Assembly (NCBI GenBank): GCA_023565505.1
Contig: JAIMBI010000009.1
Coordinates: forward strand, 6,547 to 70,546
Length of the DNA stretch: 64,000 nt
DNA from: Actinomycetes bacterium
GTDB taxonomy: Bacteria; Bacillota; Sulfobacillia; Sulfobacillales; JAIMBI01
Direction of reading: 5' to 3'
This document shows, in pieces, positions 14,554 to 24,609 of this stretch. Numbering within the stretch: the stretch's first letter is position 1; each line of letters starts with the position of its first letter. Under the pieces are notes generated by a model. It saw only the letters and a list, made by a program, of their open reading frames with translations. It did not search any database and was not told where the DNA came from. The position numbers and the translations under genes are program-made.

Positions 14554-15801
14554 ATGGAGAGCACGAACCTGTTGCGCAACACCCAGGAGGAACTCCGGCA
14601 GGCGGTCGCGGCGTTGGGCCTGCCGGACGAGGTATACGACATCCTGGCCGAGCCCCGACGGATGCTGGAGGCCCATCTGCTGGTGCGGCGGGACGACGGC
14701 CGCACGGTCCGCTACCCCGCATGGCGCGCGCACCACAACAACGCCCGCGGACCCTACAAGGGGGGCATCCGGTTCCATCCGGGGGTCAACGCGGACGAGG
14801 TCAAGGCGTTGGCGGTCTGGATGACGCTCAAGAACGCGGTCATCGACATTCCCATGGGCGGAGCCAAGGCGGGCGTCGCGGTGGATCCGAGCGACCTGTC
14901 GCCGCGCGAACTTGAGACCCTGGCGCGGGAGTTCATCCGGGAGTTTGCGAGCTTCATCGGCGTGGATCGCGACGTGCCCGCCCCGGATGTCAACACCAAC
15001 GAGCAGATCATGGCCTGGATGATGGACGAATACGCCCGCATGCACGACGACGCCGACATTTTTGCCATCTTCACCGGCAAACCGCTGGCCCTGGGCGGAT
15101 CCCAGGACCGGCTGGAGGCGACCGGCCAGGGCGTCGCCATCGTGGCGGAGGCGGCGATGCGCCGGCGCGGGCTTGCGCCGCGGGCCGCCCGGGTGGCCAT
15201 CCAGGGCTTCGGCAACGTGGGCACCCACACGGCGCGGTACCTGGCCGGTCGGGGCATCGCCGTGGTGGCGGTGAGCGACGTCCGGGGCGGCATCCTGCAT
15301 CCTCGCGGCCTGGACGTGGAAGCCCTGGTGGCCCATGTCCGCCGAACCGGCAGCGTGGTGGACTTCCCCGGCACCACCCCCCTGACGAACGAGGAACTGC
15401 TGACCCTGGACGTCGACGTGGTGATCCCGGCGGCCCTCGAGAACCAGGTGACGGAATCGGTCGCCGGGGCTATGCGGGCGACGGTGGTGGTGGAGGCGGC
15501 CAACGGGCCTACGACCCCGGAAGGCCAAGCCGAACTCGACCGGCGGGGCGTCCTGGTGGTGCCGGATATCGTGGCCAATCCCGGAGGTGTCTACGTCTCC
15601 TACCTGGAGTGGGTGCAAAACCGGCACGGGTACTACTGGCCGCGGGAGGACGTGGCCGGGCGGCTGGCCGCCGCGATGGAGCGGGCCTTCGACACCGTCT
15701 ACGAGCTGGCGCAGGAGCATGGCACCAATCTGCGGCAGGCCGCCTACCGCCTGGCCGTGGGGAAGGTGGCCGAGGCGATGCGGTTGCGCGGCTGGTACTG
15801 A
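14554..15801 (+). CDS. gdhA: Glutamate dehydrogenase
   Basis: The ATG at 14554 follows AAAGGAGAG. GPYKGGIRFHP, MGGAKAG, and the Rossmann motif IQGFGNVG are present. Confidence 0.9.
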   Translation: MESTNLLRNTQEELRQAVAALGLPDEVYDILAEPRRMLEAHLLVRRDDGRTVRYPAWRAHHNNARGPYKGGIRFHPGVNADEVKALAVWMTLKNAVIDIPMGGAKAGVAVDPSDLSPRELETLAREFIREFASFIGVDRDVPAPDVNTNEQIMAWMMDEYARMHDDADIFAIFTGKPLALGGSQDRLEATGQGVAIVAEAAMRRRGLAPRAARVAIQGFGNVGTHTARYLAGRGIAVVAVSDVRGGILHPRGLDVEALVAHVRRTGSVVDFPGTTPLTNEELLTLDVDVVIPAALENQVTESVAGAMRATVVVEAANGPTTPEGQAELDRRGVLVVPDIVANPGGVYVSYLEWVQNRHGYYWPREDVAGRLAAAMERAFDTVYELAQEHGTNLRQAAYRLAVGKVAEAMRLRGWY

Positions 15802-16079
15802 GACCGCTCGGGCCCGGGGCGTTTCAGCCCATCTGGGTCTTGCCGGCGCGACCGTCTTGCGGCACGATGCCGGAAGACGCCTCGTGACCCGAGGTGCTGG
15901 GCCGGCCGACCGGTCTGGCCCCGGGTAGCGGGGTGCGGGCCGATGCCCCTGGTCCCCGCGGGGGGGCCGGGCGTGTCGTCGACGGGGCGGGTTTTCGCCG
16001 TCGCGCCGGGCGGTGGCGGGACGGAGCGGTCGGGCGCGGGTCGGGGCGCCCGGCGGGGATGACGGGAGGAATCATCAGG

Positions 16080-16409
16080 ATGTCGAGTCCGCGGGAGGCG
16101 TTGGCGGCGGCGCTCACGGGACGTATCGCCCAGAAGAGCGAGGCGGACCGCCGGGCGGCCATGGGGGTGTACCAGTTTCACGTGACGGGACCGGACGGCG
16201 GCGACTTCGTCCTGCGCGTCGACGCCGGGGGCGCGACGTTGGAGGCAGGGGCGGATGCCGGCGCGGCGGTGACGGTGAGTGCCGACTGGGGCGTGCTGGA
16301 GGACTTGGCCGCGGGGCGCGCCAACGCGTTTGGGGCGTTCATGGCCGGGCGCATTTCCGTGACCGGTTCGCTGGAGCGGGCGATGAAGCTGGCGAGCCTA
16401 CTGGGCTAG
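16080..16409 (+). CDS. SCP2 sterol-binding-domain protein
   Basis: VTVSADWGVLEDLAAGRANAFGAFMAGRISVTGSLERAMKL. The ATG follows GGGAGGA. Confidence 0.7.
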   Translation: MSSPREALAAALTGRIAQKSEADRRAAMGVYQFHVTGPDGGDFVLRVDAGGATLEAGADAGAAVTVSADWGVLEDLAAGRANAFGAFMAGRISVTGSLERAMKLASLLG

Positions 16410-17848
16410 GGCGCCGGCGGGTCGGGGACGAAGATGTACCACCCGTGGGGGTAGGCGGCGAGGACCTGCGTACTGCCGATGCCCATGAGCAGTGTGGGCG
16501 GTGTCCGCTCGGGGACGCCGGGCGGCGAGGGGATGGGCAGCCACGCCCCCTGGGCGGAAAGCCAGCGGTACAGGTGGCCGACGGCGTCGCTGTAGAGGAG
16601 GTCGCCGTCCGTGTAGGCCGCCAGCGTCCCGATCCCCGTCTGGTTGGGGACGGGGAGCGGGATGAGGGACCACCGGCCGGTGTCCGGGGACCAGTGCTCC
16701 AGGAGCAGGGGCGGACCGGGCAGGAGGGCGAGTACGTCTCCGTGCGGTCCCACGGCCAGGGCGCTGGCCCCGGAACCGTTGGGCCAGGGCGGCGGCAGTT
16801 CGTGCCACGACGCGCCGCCGTCGGCCGAGACCAAAATCGGCCCGATGCCCGTCTGACCCGTAGGGGCGAGACTGACGGCGAGATGTCCGTCGCCCGCCGG
16901 GGAGACGGCGAACGTCTGGACGTCGAATCCGGAGGGCGGGGCGTACACCCGGCTCCAGGCCACCCCGTCGGCGGACACGTACAACTTGCCGCCGGCAAGC
17001 ATCCAGTAGTGGCTGCCGGATCCGACCAGTTCGCGGACGGGGCGGTCGGGCAAGGGAGCCGGCGTCCAGGCGCCCTGTGCCACCGAGCGCGCGAACAGGT
17101 CCTGACGCCCCGACGCTTCGAAGTTGAGCAGGAGAGCGGCCCCCGGCCGGGCGGGCAGGGCCGTCACCTGGGTTTCGACGGTGTTGGGCGTCGGCGGCGG
17201 GGCCCAGTGGTCGTCGGCGCGTCCGTCCAGCACGGTCCATTCGGGGCCGCGGCTGACGTAAATGTATGCGCCGGCGGCGCTGAACGAGGTGACGTCGGTC
17301 GGGCCGCCCTGGATCCAGCGCCCCCGAGCTGCCGGGAGGACCGGTGCCGGGGTGACGACGCCGAAGCCGTCCTCGGGGGCCTCGTACCAGACCGGCCGCC
17401 CGTTCCGGTACCCCACCGCTGCCTCAAGGTGCCGGCCGGCGGCCAGGGCGACGACCGCGTTGGTGGGGACGCCGTACAGGGTGCTCGACCCGACCAGGGT
17501 GGTTTCCCGGAGCGGCGTGCGCCGCGGGTCGGACCAGACGGGGACGGACGCCAGGGTGGAGAAGGCCGCGCGGCTGGAGCTAGGCAGCCACGCGAGCGCG
17601 ACGTCGGCGGTCCCCCGGCGGAGGGCCGTCGCGTACGGGGCCGGGTGTGCCGGCGCACGCCGGTGGGTGAGCCATCCCCCCAGGGTGATCGCCACGGCTG
17701 CCGCCACGGCCCCACCTGACAGGCCCGCGCGCCGCCACCGCCGGTACCGATATCGCCGCGGGTCGTAGCCGGGCGCGAACACGATCCCCATCTCCTGGAA
17801 GACGCGGTCAACGAGTCGACCCGCGTCGCCCCAATCCTTGGGATCCAC
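16406..17848 (-). CDS. Putative anti-sigma factor: cytoplasmic N-terminus, one TM, and an extracytoplasmic BNR/Ycf48-like beta-propeller
   Basis: The gene lies 4 nt downstream of the ECF sigma gene. It has a TM segment (GGAVAAAVAITLGGWL) and SxDxGxxW-like repeats (SADGGASW, SADGVAW). Confidence 0.55.
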   Translation of the reverse strand: MDPKDWGDAGRLVDRVFQEMGIVFAPGYDPRRYRYRRWRRAGLSGGAVAAAVAITLGGWLTHRRAPAHPAPYATALRRGTADVALAWLPSSSRAAFSTLASVPVWSDPRRTPLRETTLVGSSTLYGVPTNAVVALAAGRHLEAAVGYRNGRPVWYEAPEDGFGVVTPAPVLPAARGRWIQGGPTDVTSFSAAGAYIYVSRGPEWTVLDGRADDHWAPPPTPNTVETQVTALPARPGAALLLNFEASGRQDLFARSVAQGAWTPAPLPDRPVRELVGSGSHYWMLAGGKLYVSADGVAWSRVYAPPSGFDVQTFAVSPAGDGHLAVSLAPTGQTGIGPILVSADGGASWHELPPPWPNGSGASALAVGPHGDVLALLPGPPLLLEHWSPDTGRWSLIPLPVPNQTGIGTLAAYTDGDLLYSDAVGHLYRWLSAQGAWLPIPSPPGVPERTPPTLLMGIGSTQVLAAYPHGWYIFVPDPPAP

Positions 17849-17852
17849 CCCG

Positions 17853-18371
17853 CTACCTTGCCTCCTCGCGCAACATGGACTCGAGCAGCGGCCTGAGATG
17901 CTGGCGGGCCCGATAGAGGCGCGTCTTGACCATCTGCTCGGTCAGCCCCAGGATCTCCGCGGTGTCTTTGAGCGATTGATCCAGGTAATAGTAGAGCAGT
18001 ACCACCTGCTGCTCGATGGGCTTCAGCGCGTGGACCGCTTCGGCGACCACGAGGGCCTGTTCGCGGTCACCCAGGGCCGGCACGCTGCCGCGGAGTTCGG
18101 CGGGATCGACGGCGTCCTCCGGATGGCGGCGACGGTAGCGGGCCCGGTCCCGGCATAGGTTGACGACCGTCTGGTACAGGAGGGGTGCGGACAGACACTC
18201 CGCCCCCCGGCGGAGTGCGTGGCGCCAGAGGCGGTAGAACGCTTCCTGGGCCACGTCCTCGGCCTCGGTCCGGTCGTGCAGGGTTGCATAGGCCAGACGG
18301 AGCGCCCGGTCTCCGTGACGTTCGACGAACGTGCTATAGACCCGTTCCAACTGGTCCGCCAGCGTGGCCAC
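17853..18371 (-). CDS. ECF-type sigma-70 family sigma factor
   Basis: Region 2 is AEDVAQEAFYRLW. Region 4 is LKPIEQQVVLLYYYLDQSLKDTAEILGLTEQMVKTRLYRARQHL. Confidence 0.85.
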   Translation of the reverse strand: MATLADQLERVYSTFVERHGDRALRLAYATLHDRTEAEDVAQEAFYRLWRHALRRGAECLSAPLLYQTVVNLCRDRARYRRRHPEDAVDPAELRGSVPALGDREQALVVAEAVHALKPIEQQVVLLYYYLDQSLKDTAEILGLTEQMVKTRLYRARQHLRPLLESMLREEAR

Positions 18372-18389
18372 CTGCTCTCTCTGGACGAT

Positions 18390-18418
18390 ATAACGGCAAT
18401 CCGGCGGGGTCGGTTCTC
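18390..18418 (-). promoter_or_regulatory. Candidate autoregulated ECF-type promoter (GAAC-N17-CGTT)
   Basis: On the minus strand, TGAGAACC (18419..18412), a 17-nt spacer, then CGTTAT (18395..18390), about 20 nt upstream of the sigma start codon. Confidence 0.3.
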
Positions 18419-18859
18419 ATCCCAGCTATTCCCATAATATACAGTCAGAGCCAGAATGAGATCGGCCTCGCCGGTGTTCCGTTCCGCGGGCGTCGCCCTC
18501 ACTATAGCCCAAGTCCGGCTGCCGGCCAACGCCGACGGTACGGCACGCCGGTTCCGGCAGTACGATAGGGCTGGCGAGGGCGGCGAGACGGTGGCCGGGC
18601 TTTGGCGGGGCGGGCGCGCGGATGGAGCCCGCCGCAGGACCCGGCCGCCTGGGCCGCGTCGCTCCCGGTGCGGCTCGCGACCGTCACCGTCCCGCTCCAC
18701 CGCCTCGCCGACGCCCGTCGGATTCGGCGCGAAGCCGCCGTCGGGCGCCGGGACGGGTCCGGGCGGCGCAGATCGGTCGGGCGATGGGAGGCGGCGCACC
18801 GTGGGGAGGCGGGAGCCGTTGGGGCTCCGCGACGTCGACGCGGTCGCGGCGCCGGGGAG

Positions 18860-20125
18860 GTGGGCACGACGACCACGGCGACGGCGACCTCCCCCAACCT
18901 GCCGTGGCTCTATGCCGGGCGGGCCTTGCGCGGCGTGTCCACGGCGTTCCTCACGGTCGTCTTTCCGCTCTATCTGGCCGCGAGCGGTTACGGGGCGACG
19001 CGCCTCGGATTGGCCTTGAGCCTGTCCGGGGTGGTGACCGTAGGATTGGTGGCCGTGGTGGGGTGGTTGGCCGACCGTTACGGCCGGCGGACCATGATCC
19101 TGGCCCTGGCGGCCCTGTCGGCACTGGGGGGATTCGCTCTGGCGGTCTTCCCGCCGGCCCTCCCGTTGGTGGTCCTGGCGAGCGGGCTGGGTGGCGTCGG
19201 GCGGGGCGGCGGCGCGGGGAGCGGGGGGGCCTGGGGCCCGATGTTCCCGGCCGAGCAGCCGTTGGTGGCCGCTTCGGCCCCGCCGGACCGTCGCGTGGAA
19301 GCGTTTGGACGGCTGTCCTTCGTCGGCGTGTTGGCGGCGGCCGTGGGTTCGCTCCTCGCCGGCTTGCCGGCACTGCTCGCCACCCACGGGGTGCCGACGG
19401 TGACCGGCTACCGGCTCCTATTCGCGTTGGCGGGGGTGCTCGGGCTCGGCACGCTGGCGGTCACCCTGCCGATCCGGGAACCCTTGCCGCACCCCTCCCA
19501 GGATGCGGCGAGCGACCGGGGCGTCATGCCCTTCGGGCAGCTGGTGGGGCGGCTGGGGTTGACCAATGCGCTCAACGGCTTCGGCTTCGGGTTCCTCGGC
19601 CCGCTCTTGAGCTATTGGTTCTATCGCCGCTTCGGGGTCGGGGCGGACGCCATCGGGGGCCTTTACACCGTCGTGAACCTGGCCGCCGCCTTGCCGTATC
19701 TGACCGCCGCCCGTCTGGCGCGCCGGCTGGGCGAGGTGCGGACGGTGGTCTGGACGCGCGGCGTGTCCGTCCTCGTGCTGGGGCTCCTGCCGCTGCTCCC
19801 CTCGTTCTGGTGGGCCGGGCTGGCGTACACGGTGCGGATGGGCCTCAATTCCTTGGGCATGCCGGCGCGTCAGTCGTTCACCATGCGCGTGGCGGACGAA
19901 CGGTATCGCAGCCGGGTCGCGGCCTTCGGTTCGTTACCGTCCCAGGCCACGTCCATGCTCAGCCCCGGTATCGGCGGGGCGTTGATGGAGATCTCGGTGA
20001 ACCTGCCCCTGTTTGCCGCCGCGTTCTTCATGTTGGCCAATGTCGTGGCGTATGCCTGGGCCTTCGGCCGGGTGGCGCCGGATGTGTCCGGGGCCACGCG
20101 ACCGGGGGCCGCCCCGCCGGCGTGA
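18860..20125 (+). CDS. MFS transporter
   Basis: Hydrophobic 12-TM-like sequence with the MFS loop motif LADRYGRR. The start is uncertain (GTG 18860 inside ORF 18602..20125). Confidence 0.7.
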   Translation: MGTTTTATATSPNLPWLYAGRALRGVSTAFLTVVFPLYLAASGYGATRLGLALSLSGVVTVGLVAVVGWLADRYGRRTMILALAALSALGGFALAVFPPALPLVVLASGLGGVGRGGGAGSGGAWGPMFPAEQPLVAASAPPDRRVEAFGRLSFVGVLAAAVGSLLAGLPALLATHGVPTVTGYRLLFALAGVLGLGTLAVTLPIREPLPHPSQDAASDRGVMPFGQLVGRLGLTNALNGFGFGFLGPLLSYWFYRRFGVGADAIGGLYTVVNLAAALPYLTAARLARRLGEVRTVVWTRGVSVLVLGLLPLLPSFWWAGLAYTVRMGLNSLGMPARQSFTMRVADERYRSRVAAFGSLPSQATSMLSPGIGGALMEISVNLPLFAAAFFMLANVVAYAWAFGRVAPDVSGATRPGAAPPA

Positions 20126-20260
20126 GCCGTCGGCAGGGGACGACCAATGCGCCCTTCTGGTACCATGGGTGGCGGCGTCGCTGGAGCCCGACAGGCCGGC
20201 CGGGCCCCTCGGCGGGATCCGCGCGCGGCGCCTGGGGAGGGGAGTCGTGTGGATTGGGCG

Positions 20261-20923
20261 ATGCGGGATCTGCCGCCCGAGAAGCGTTATGCGTTGCTCA
20301 TCAGCGTGATGGTGCCCCGGCCCATCGCGTGGGTCAGTAGCCGCGACACCGCGGGGCGCCCCAACGTGGCGCCGTTCAGCTTCTTCACCTGTGTGGCCAG
20401 TCACCCCCTGTTGGTCGGCTTCACGGTCATGAGCCGGGAAGGCCGGGCCAAGGACACCCTGGCGAACGCCGAGAGCACGGGCGAGTGGGTCATCAACGTG
20501 GTGACCGAAGATCTGTTGCCCCAGGCGGTCCAGACCTCCATCGAGGCCCCGGCCGACTTCGACGAAGCGCGGTACGCCGGCCTGGAGCTGGAGCCGGCCG
20601 TGCATGTGCGTGCGCCCCGGATCCGGCGCTCTCCCGCGCACCTGGAGTGCCGGCTGCACCGGATCGTCCCCTTCGGCGAAGCCGACGGCCGGTCGAATCC
20701 CAGCTACTTCGTCGTCGGGGAGGTCGTCCATCTGCACGTCGCAGACGAGGTGCTGACGGACGGCCGGGTGGATCCGCTCGCGCTTCGGGCCGCCGGACGG
20801 ATGGGCGGGCCGCTTTATACTCGGACGCGGGACATCCTGCGGTTCGAGCGACCGCGGTGGCCGGAGGATGCGGTCCGACCGGCCGAGGCGGGGCCGCCGG
20901 GGAGGGTGGGCGACGGTGGCTAA
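20261..20923 (+). CDS. Flavin reductase-like FMN-binding protein
   Basis: PRPIAWVSSRDTAGRPNVAPFSFFT...SPAHLECRL...VGEVVHLHV. Confidence 0.8.
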   Translation: MRDLPPEKRYALLISVMVPRPIAWVSSRDTAGRPNVAPFSFFTCVASHPLLVGFTVMSREGRAKDTLANAESTGEWVINVVTEDLLPQAVQTSIEAPADFDEARYAGLELEPAVHVRAPRIRRSPAHLECRLHRIVPFGEADGRSNPSYFVVGEVVHLHVADEVLTDGRVDPLALRAAGRMGGPLYTRTRDILRFERPRWPEDAVRPAEAGPPGRVGDGG

Positions 20924-21413
20924 GGACAGCTCGTTTGACATCGTGTCCGAACCGGATTGGGGGGAGATCGCGAACGCGGTCCACCAAGCCCAGCAGGAAG
21001 CGGGCCAACGGTTCGACTTCCGCGGACACGACGTGGAGATCCGGTGGGATCGGAAGGCGGCTCTGATCACCGTGGAGGCCCCGGCCGGCCTGGTGCTCGA
21101 GGCCGCCGTCGCCCTGGTGGAACAGCGGCTGGCCCGGCGCGGCGTCCCGCTCCGGTTCCTGGCGCCGGGGGACCCCGAACCTCGCGGGGGTGACCGCGCC
21201 CAGGTCGTCCTCACGGTGCGCCACGGCATCCCGCCCGACGTGGCCAAGCGGATCCAGCAGGCCGTCCGCGCCCTGAAGCTCAAGGTCGATGTCGCCATCC
21301 AGGGGGATGCCCTCCGCGTGAGCGGCAAGCAGAAGGACGACCTCCAGGCGGTCATCCGGCATCTGAAGAGCCAGGATTTCGGGGTGGAACTCGCCTTCAC
21401 CAATTATCGCTGA
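20916..21413 (+). CDS. yajQ: YajQ-family nucleotide-binding protein (UPF0234)
   Basis: AKDSSFDIVSEPDWGEIANAV...QRFDFRG...VSGKQKDDLQAVI. Confidence 0.85.
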   Translation: MAKDSSFDIVSEPDWGEIANAVHQAQQEAGQRFDFRGHDVEIRWDRKAALITVEAPAGLVLEAAVALVEQRLARRGVPLRFLAPGDPEPRGGDRAQVVLTVRHGIPPDVAKRIQQAVRALKLKVDVAIQGDALRVSGKQKDDLQAVIRHLKSQDFGVELAFTNYR

Positions 21414-21431
21414 GCCGGATTCTGAGGCCGG

Positions 21432-22361
21432 TCATGGCCACACCATCAGCAGGCTTCCGACGACCACGGCGCCGGTGCTGAGGCAGATCCGCAACGACGG
21501 CCGTTCGCCCAGGAACCACCACCCCCAGAGGGGCGCGAGGCTCGGCGCCAGCTGGCGGAGCGCCAAGAGCGGGGCGACCGGTCCGAGGCGATAGGCGAAC
21601 AGCATCAGCCCGTAGGAGGCGGTGCTCCCGACGCCTGCCAGGATCGCGGCGCGCACGGGGACGGGGTCCCGGTCGGCGAGCGCGCCTGGCGCCAACAGGG
21701 CCGCACTGCCGAGGAACATGACGGCCGCGTAGGGCAGGGGACTGACCAGGCGGACGGCCGCGCCGTCGACCAGGGTATACAGGGCGATGGCCCCGCCGAC
21801 GACCAGGGTCCAGACCAAGACCGGGGGGCCGGTCGTGCCGCGGCGCCACGAGAGTAGGCCGACGCCGCCGGCGATGAGCGCCAAGCCGGCCCAGGCGACG
21901 GGCCGGAGGGCCTGATGCAGGACGAGCCATCCGAGCAGGCCGGTGGCCAGGATGCCGACGCCGCGCGCGGTGTTGTACGTCGGGGCGAGCGGGGTCTCCC
22001 GGTACGCCCGGCCCAGGGCGTAGAAGTAGAGCGCATGCAGCACGCTGGTGGCGGCCAGGTAGGGCCACGCCCGCCAGAAGGCGGCGGAGAACAAGGTTCC
22101 CGACGGGACGCTGGCCAGGAGCAGGACCAATCCCCCCGACGTCTGCAAGCCTCCGAGGAAGCGTAACCGGCCCGATTGGCGGCGGACCGCCGCGTTCCAC
22201 GACAGGTGCAGGAGCGCGGAGCCAACCACCAGGACGACCGCCGCCGTCACGGCCGGGGTGACCCGGCCGCCGGGGCGACCCCGGTTGCCGGCAGCGGGGT
22301 CGGAAGCGCCGCCGGGACGATCCGACGACCCGACCGGCGCGGAGTCCCCGGCGACGGGCAC
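21432..22361 (-). CDS. EamA/DMT-family transporter
   Basis: A ten-TM-like hydrophobic protein with typical EamA repeat character. The true start is probably downstream of 22361. Confidence 0.65.
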   Translation of the reverse strand: MPVAGDSAPVGSSDRPGGASDPAAGNRGRPGGRVTPAVTAAVVLVVGSALLHLSWNAAVRRQSGRLRFLGGLQTSGGLVLLLASVPSGTLFSAAFWRAWPYLAATSVLHALYFYALGRAYRETPLAPTYNTARGVGILATGLLGWLVLHQALRPVAWAGLALIAGGVGLLSWRRGTTGPPVLVWTLVVGGAIALYTLVDGAAVRLVSPLPYAAVMFLGSAALLAPGALADRDPVPVRAAILAGVGSTASYGLMLFAYRLGPVAPLLALRQLAPSLAPLWGWWFLGERPSLRICLSTGAVVVGSLLMVWP

Positions 22362-22427
22362 AGCGGCGCGGGGTGGGGCCGAGACGCGCCGCCGCTTGGG
22401 CCCATCATCCGCGACGCGGTCACGGAC

Positions 22428-22961
22428 CTAACGGGCGGCGGAGGGGAGGGCGCCCGCCTCGAGGCCGGCTTCCTGGGCCAGCAGCCAGGTCTTGAGCGCG
22501 AGGCCGTCGCTGTAGCCGCCGAGGCCGGACCGGGCGACGACCCGATGGCAAGGGATGACCAGCGGGAGCGGATTCTGGCCGGTCGCGCGTCCCACCGCCC
22601 GGGACGCCCGGGGACGACCCAGGGCGAGGGCCAGCTGGCCGTAGGTTCGGCGCTCGCCGTAGGGGATGGCGCGGATGGCCTCCCAGACCGCCAGCTGGAA
22701 GGGGGTGCCGCGCGGGTCGAGCGGTTGGTGGAACGTTTTCCGGCGCCCGTCGAGATAGGCCGTCACCTCGTCCACCCAGGGAGCAAGGGCCGCGGCGTCC
22801 TCCACCAGCCGCACCCCGGGAGCCGTGCGGCGGGCGAAGGCTGTGACCTCGTCGAAAGGCTCGCCGGGCAACGTGAGCTGGACCAGTCCGGCCGCCGAGC
22901 GGACGGCGAAGAGGGAGTGACCACCCCATTCGAACCGGGCCCACCGCCAAGCCGTTTCCAT
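22428..22961 (-). CDS. ogt: Methylated-DNA-protein-cysteine methyltransferase
   Basis: TPFQLAVWEAIRAIPYGERRTYGQLA and the active site PCHRVV. The ATG at 22961 follows AAAGGAGA. Confidence 0.85.
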   Translation of the reverse strand: METAWRWARFEWGGHSLFAVRSAAGLVQLTLPGEPFDEVTAFARRTAPGVRLVEDAAALAPWVDEVTAYLDGRRKTFHQPLDPRGTPFQLAVWEAIRAIPYGERRTYGQLALALGRPRASRAVGRATGQNPLPLVIPCHRVVARSGLGGYSDGLALKTWLLAQEAGLEAGALPSAAR

Positions 22962-23054
22962 CTCCGGAGCGTCTCCTTTCGATGGGTCGGACTTGATCTC
23001 GCGTAGCCTCGGGCCGCCGCCACCGGGCCAATCGAGGCGGGGGGACACGTCCGG

Positions 23055-23510
23055 TCAGGTGACCGGTGCCGGCCGGAGCTTCTGGCCCAGACGGAGGAGC
23101 TCGACCATGAAGTAGATCCGGCGGAAGAAAGCGTGGATGTCCCCGTGCCAGAGATACAGGTCGCGATACATGACGGCCTTGGCGACGTCTTCGTCGCCGG
23201 CCAGTACGCGGCGCCAAGCGGCCGGTGATCCGGCCAGCACGAGCGGCACGTCAGCCAACGCCTCCGGCGCGACGCGCCGGGCCCGGACCGGGCGCCCGCC
23301 GTCGAGGTCGATCTGCACGGCCTCGGTGTCGGGGTCGACCCGGTAGCGGTTCGTCGTACTGACCAAGCCGAGGGTGGGGCCGAAGTCCGCCGCCATACGG
23401 TCGACCGCTTCGAAGTATTCGGCCAGTTTGACCTCCCGTCCCTCCCAGGGGGCCGTTCGGGCGTGGGCCACGAAGGCGTCGAGCCATTCGGGCGAGAACA
23501 CGGGATCCAT
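23055..23510 (-). CDS. Hypothetical protein with an SCP2-like C-terminal region
   Basis: ORF with ordinary composition, directly downstream of the R2-like gene. The ...LAGDEDVAKAVMYRDLYLWHGDI pattern resembles the SCP2 C-terminus. Confidence 0.45.
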   Translation of the reverse strand: MDPVFSPEWLDAFVAHARTAPWEGREVKLAEYFEAVDRMAADFGPTLGLVSTTNRYRVDPDTEAVQIDLDGGRPVRARRVAPEALADVPLVLAGSPAAWRRVLAGDEDVAKAVMYRDLYLWHGDIHAFFRRIYFMVELLRLGQKLRPAPVT

Positions 23511-23555
23511 TCTGTCGCGCTCCCTTCGGCGTGGAGTCGAGGCGGGGCGTCGCGC

Positions 23556-24533
23556 CTAACCGCCGGCCAAGGCTTCGGGCTGGACGGTCTTCATCTTCGC
23601 AGCGATGTGGTCCGGCAGCGAGACCCCGATGGCCTCGAGCTTCTTGGCCAGCTGGCCGTTCAAGATCTGCGTGACCTCCGGCGCCGTGAAGCCGAGGGGC
23701 TCGTAGCGCACCCGTTGGCTTGCGATGCTGCTCACCGACAAGAGCGTGTCGAGGGTGCGGTGGACGTCCTCCACCCGGCGCGGATCCTCGTGGATGAGGC
23801 GGTGCAGCAGCGACAGGCCGAACTGGACGTGCCGGGCCTCGTCCCGCGCCGTGGCGTTGAACCCGGTGTAGAAGGCGGGGAGCACGTTCCGCCGCTTGCA
23901 GAAGTTCAACGTGATCTTCATCACGCTGAGCGCCAGGACGCCTTCGATCCATAGGAAGTAGTTGACCGCGGCCTGAACCAGCAGGGAGACGTTCTCGGGG
24001 TCCCGCCGGAGTGCGTCCACGAGATACGCCAGGAGGCCGAAGGAACCGACGAAGGTCTCCGACATGTGCGTGAAGGAGGCGTCCAGTACGCCCTGGATGT
24101 CCGGCGCGTCGTATCCCACCACTTCCCGGTAGAAGCGGTCGAAAAAGATGGTGTGCCGCGCCTCGTCCTCCAGCTGGCTGGTGAGGTACACCTTGGCTTC
24201 TTCCGTGGGCATCGCCAGGAGAAGGGGCACCAGGTCGACCTCGACCTGCCGTTCGCCGTGGTGGAAGCCGGTTGCCACGCGCAGGAAGCTCTGCTGGGTG
24301 GCCGGGTCCAGGGTCGCCCAGCCCCGCCGGTCCTCCGTGAAGTCGAGTTCGTACACGTCCCACCGCTGCCGGAGGTAGCGCCGGTACAGCTCCAGGTCGG
24401 ACGGAAAGCGCTCCAGGCCTTTGTGGACGTATTGGATCACGTCGTCGACGGGGATGGTGCCCATGTCCCGGAGGCTGGCGCGGTCCACGGCTTCGGCCGC
24501 GCTGGTGTCACGGAGCACGGAGGAGTCGCTCAC
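23556..24533 (-). CDS. Ribonucleotide-reductase-R2-like ferritin-fold di-metal protein (R2lox-like); no R1 partner nearby
   Basis: The ExxH ligand motifs are QLEDEARH and ARDEARH. Additional Glu ligands are in HHGERQVE and WIEGV. Confidence 0.7.
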   Translation of the reverse strand: MSDSSVLRDTSAAEAVDRASLRDMGTIPVDDVIQYVHKGLERFPSDLELYRRYLRQRWDVYELDFTEDRRGWATLDPATQQSFLRVATGFHHGERQVEVDLVPLLLAMPTEEAKVYLTSQLEDEARHTIFFDRFYREVVGYDAPDIQGVLDASFTHMSETFVGSFGLLAYLVDALRRDPENVSLLVQAAVNYFLWIEGVLALSVMKITLNFCKRRNVLPAFYTGFNATARDEARHVQFGLSLLHRLIHEDPRRVEDVHRTLDTLLSVSSIASQRVRYEPLGFTAPEVTQILNGQLAKKLEAIGVSLPDHIAAKMKTVQPEALAGG

Positions 24534-24609
24534 GAGGTCACCTTCCTTTCCAGTCGGTCCAGTCGCAGACGCCGAGGGTACCCGGGAAAGCGAGCCGGAC
24601 GGGAGCGGT

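Noticed and set aside
11737-15720. 1327-codon ORF on the minus strand
   Set aside because: It is extremely Arg/Pro/Gly-rich with no motifs. It lies antisense to, or out of frame with, clearly recognisable genes (ynbB, lexA frame, CPBP protease, gdh). It is a typical high-GC stop-codon-poor artefact.
18023-20340. ORFs 18023..19387 (-) and 18622..20340 (+)
   Set aside because: They are alternative frames or the antisense strand of the MFS transporter gene, with biased composition and no motifs.
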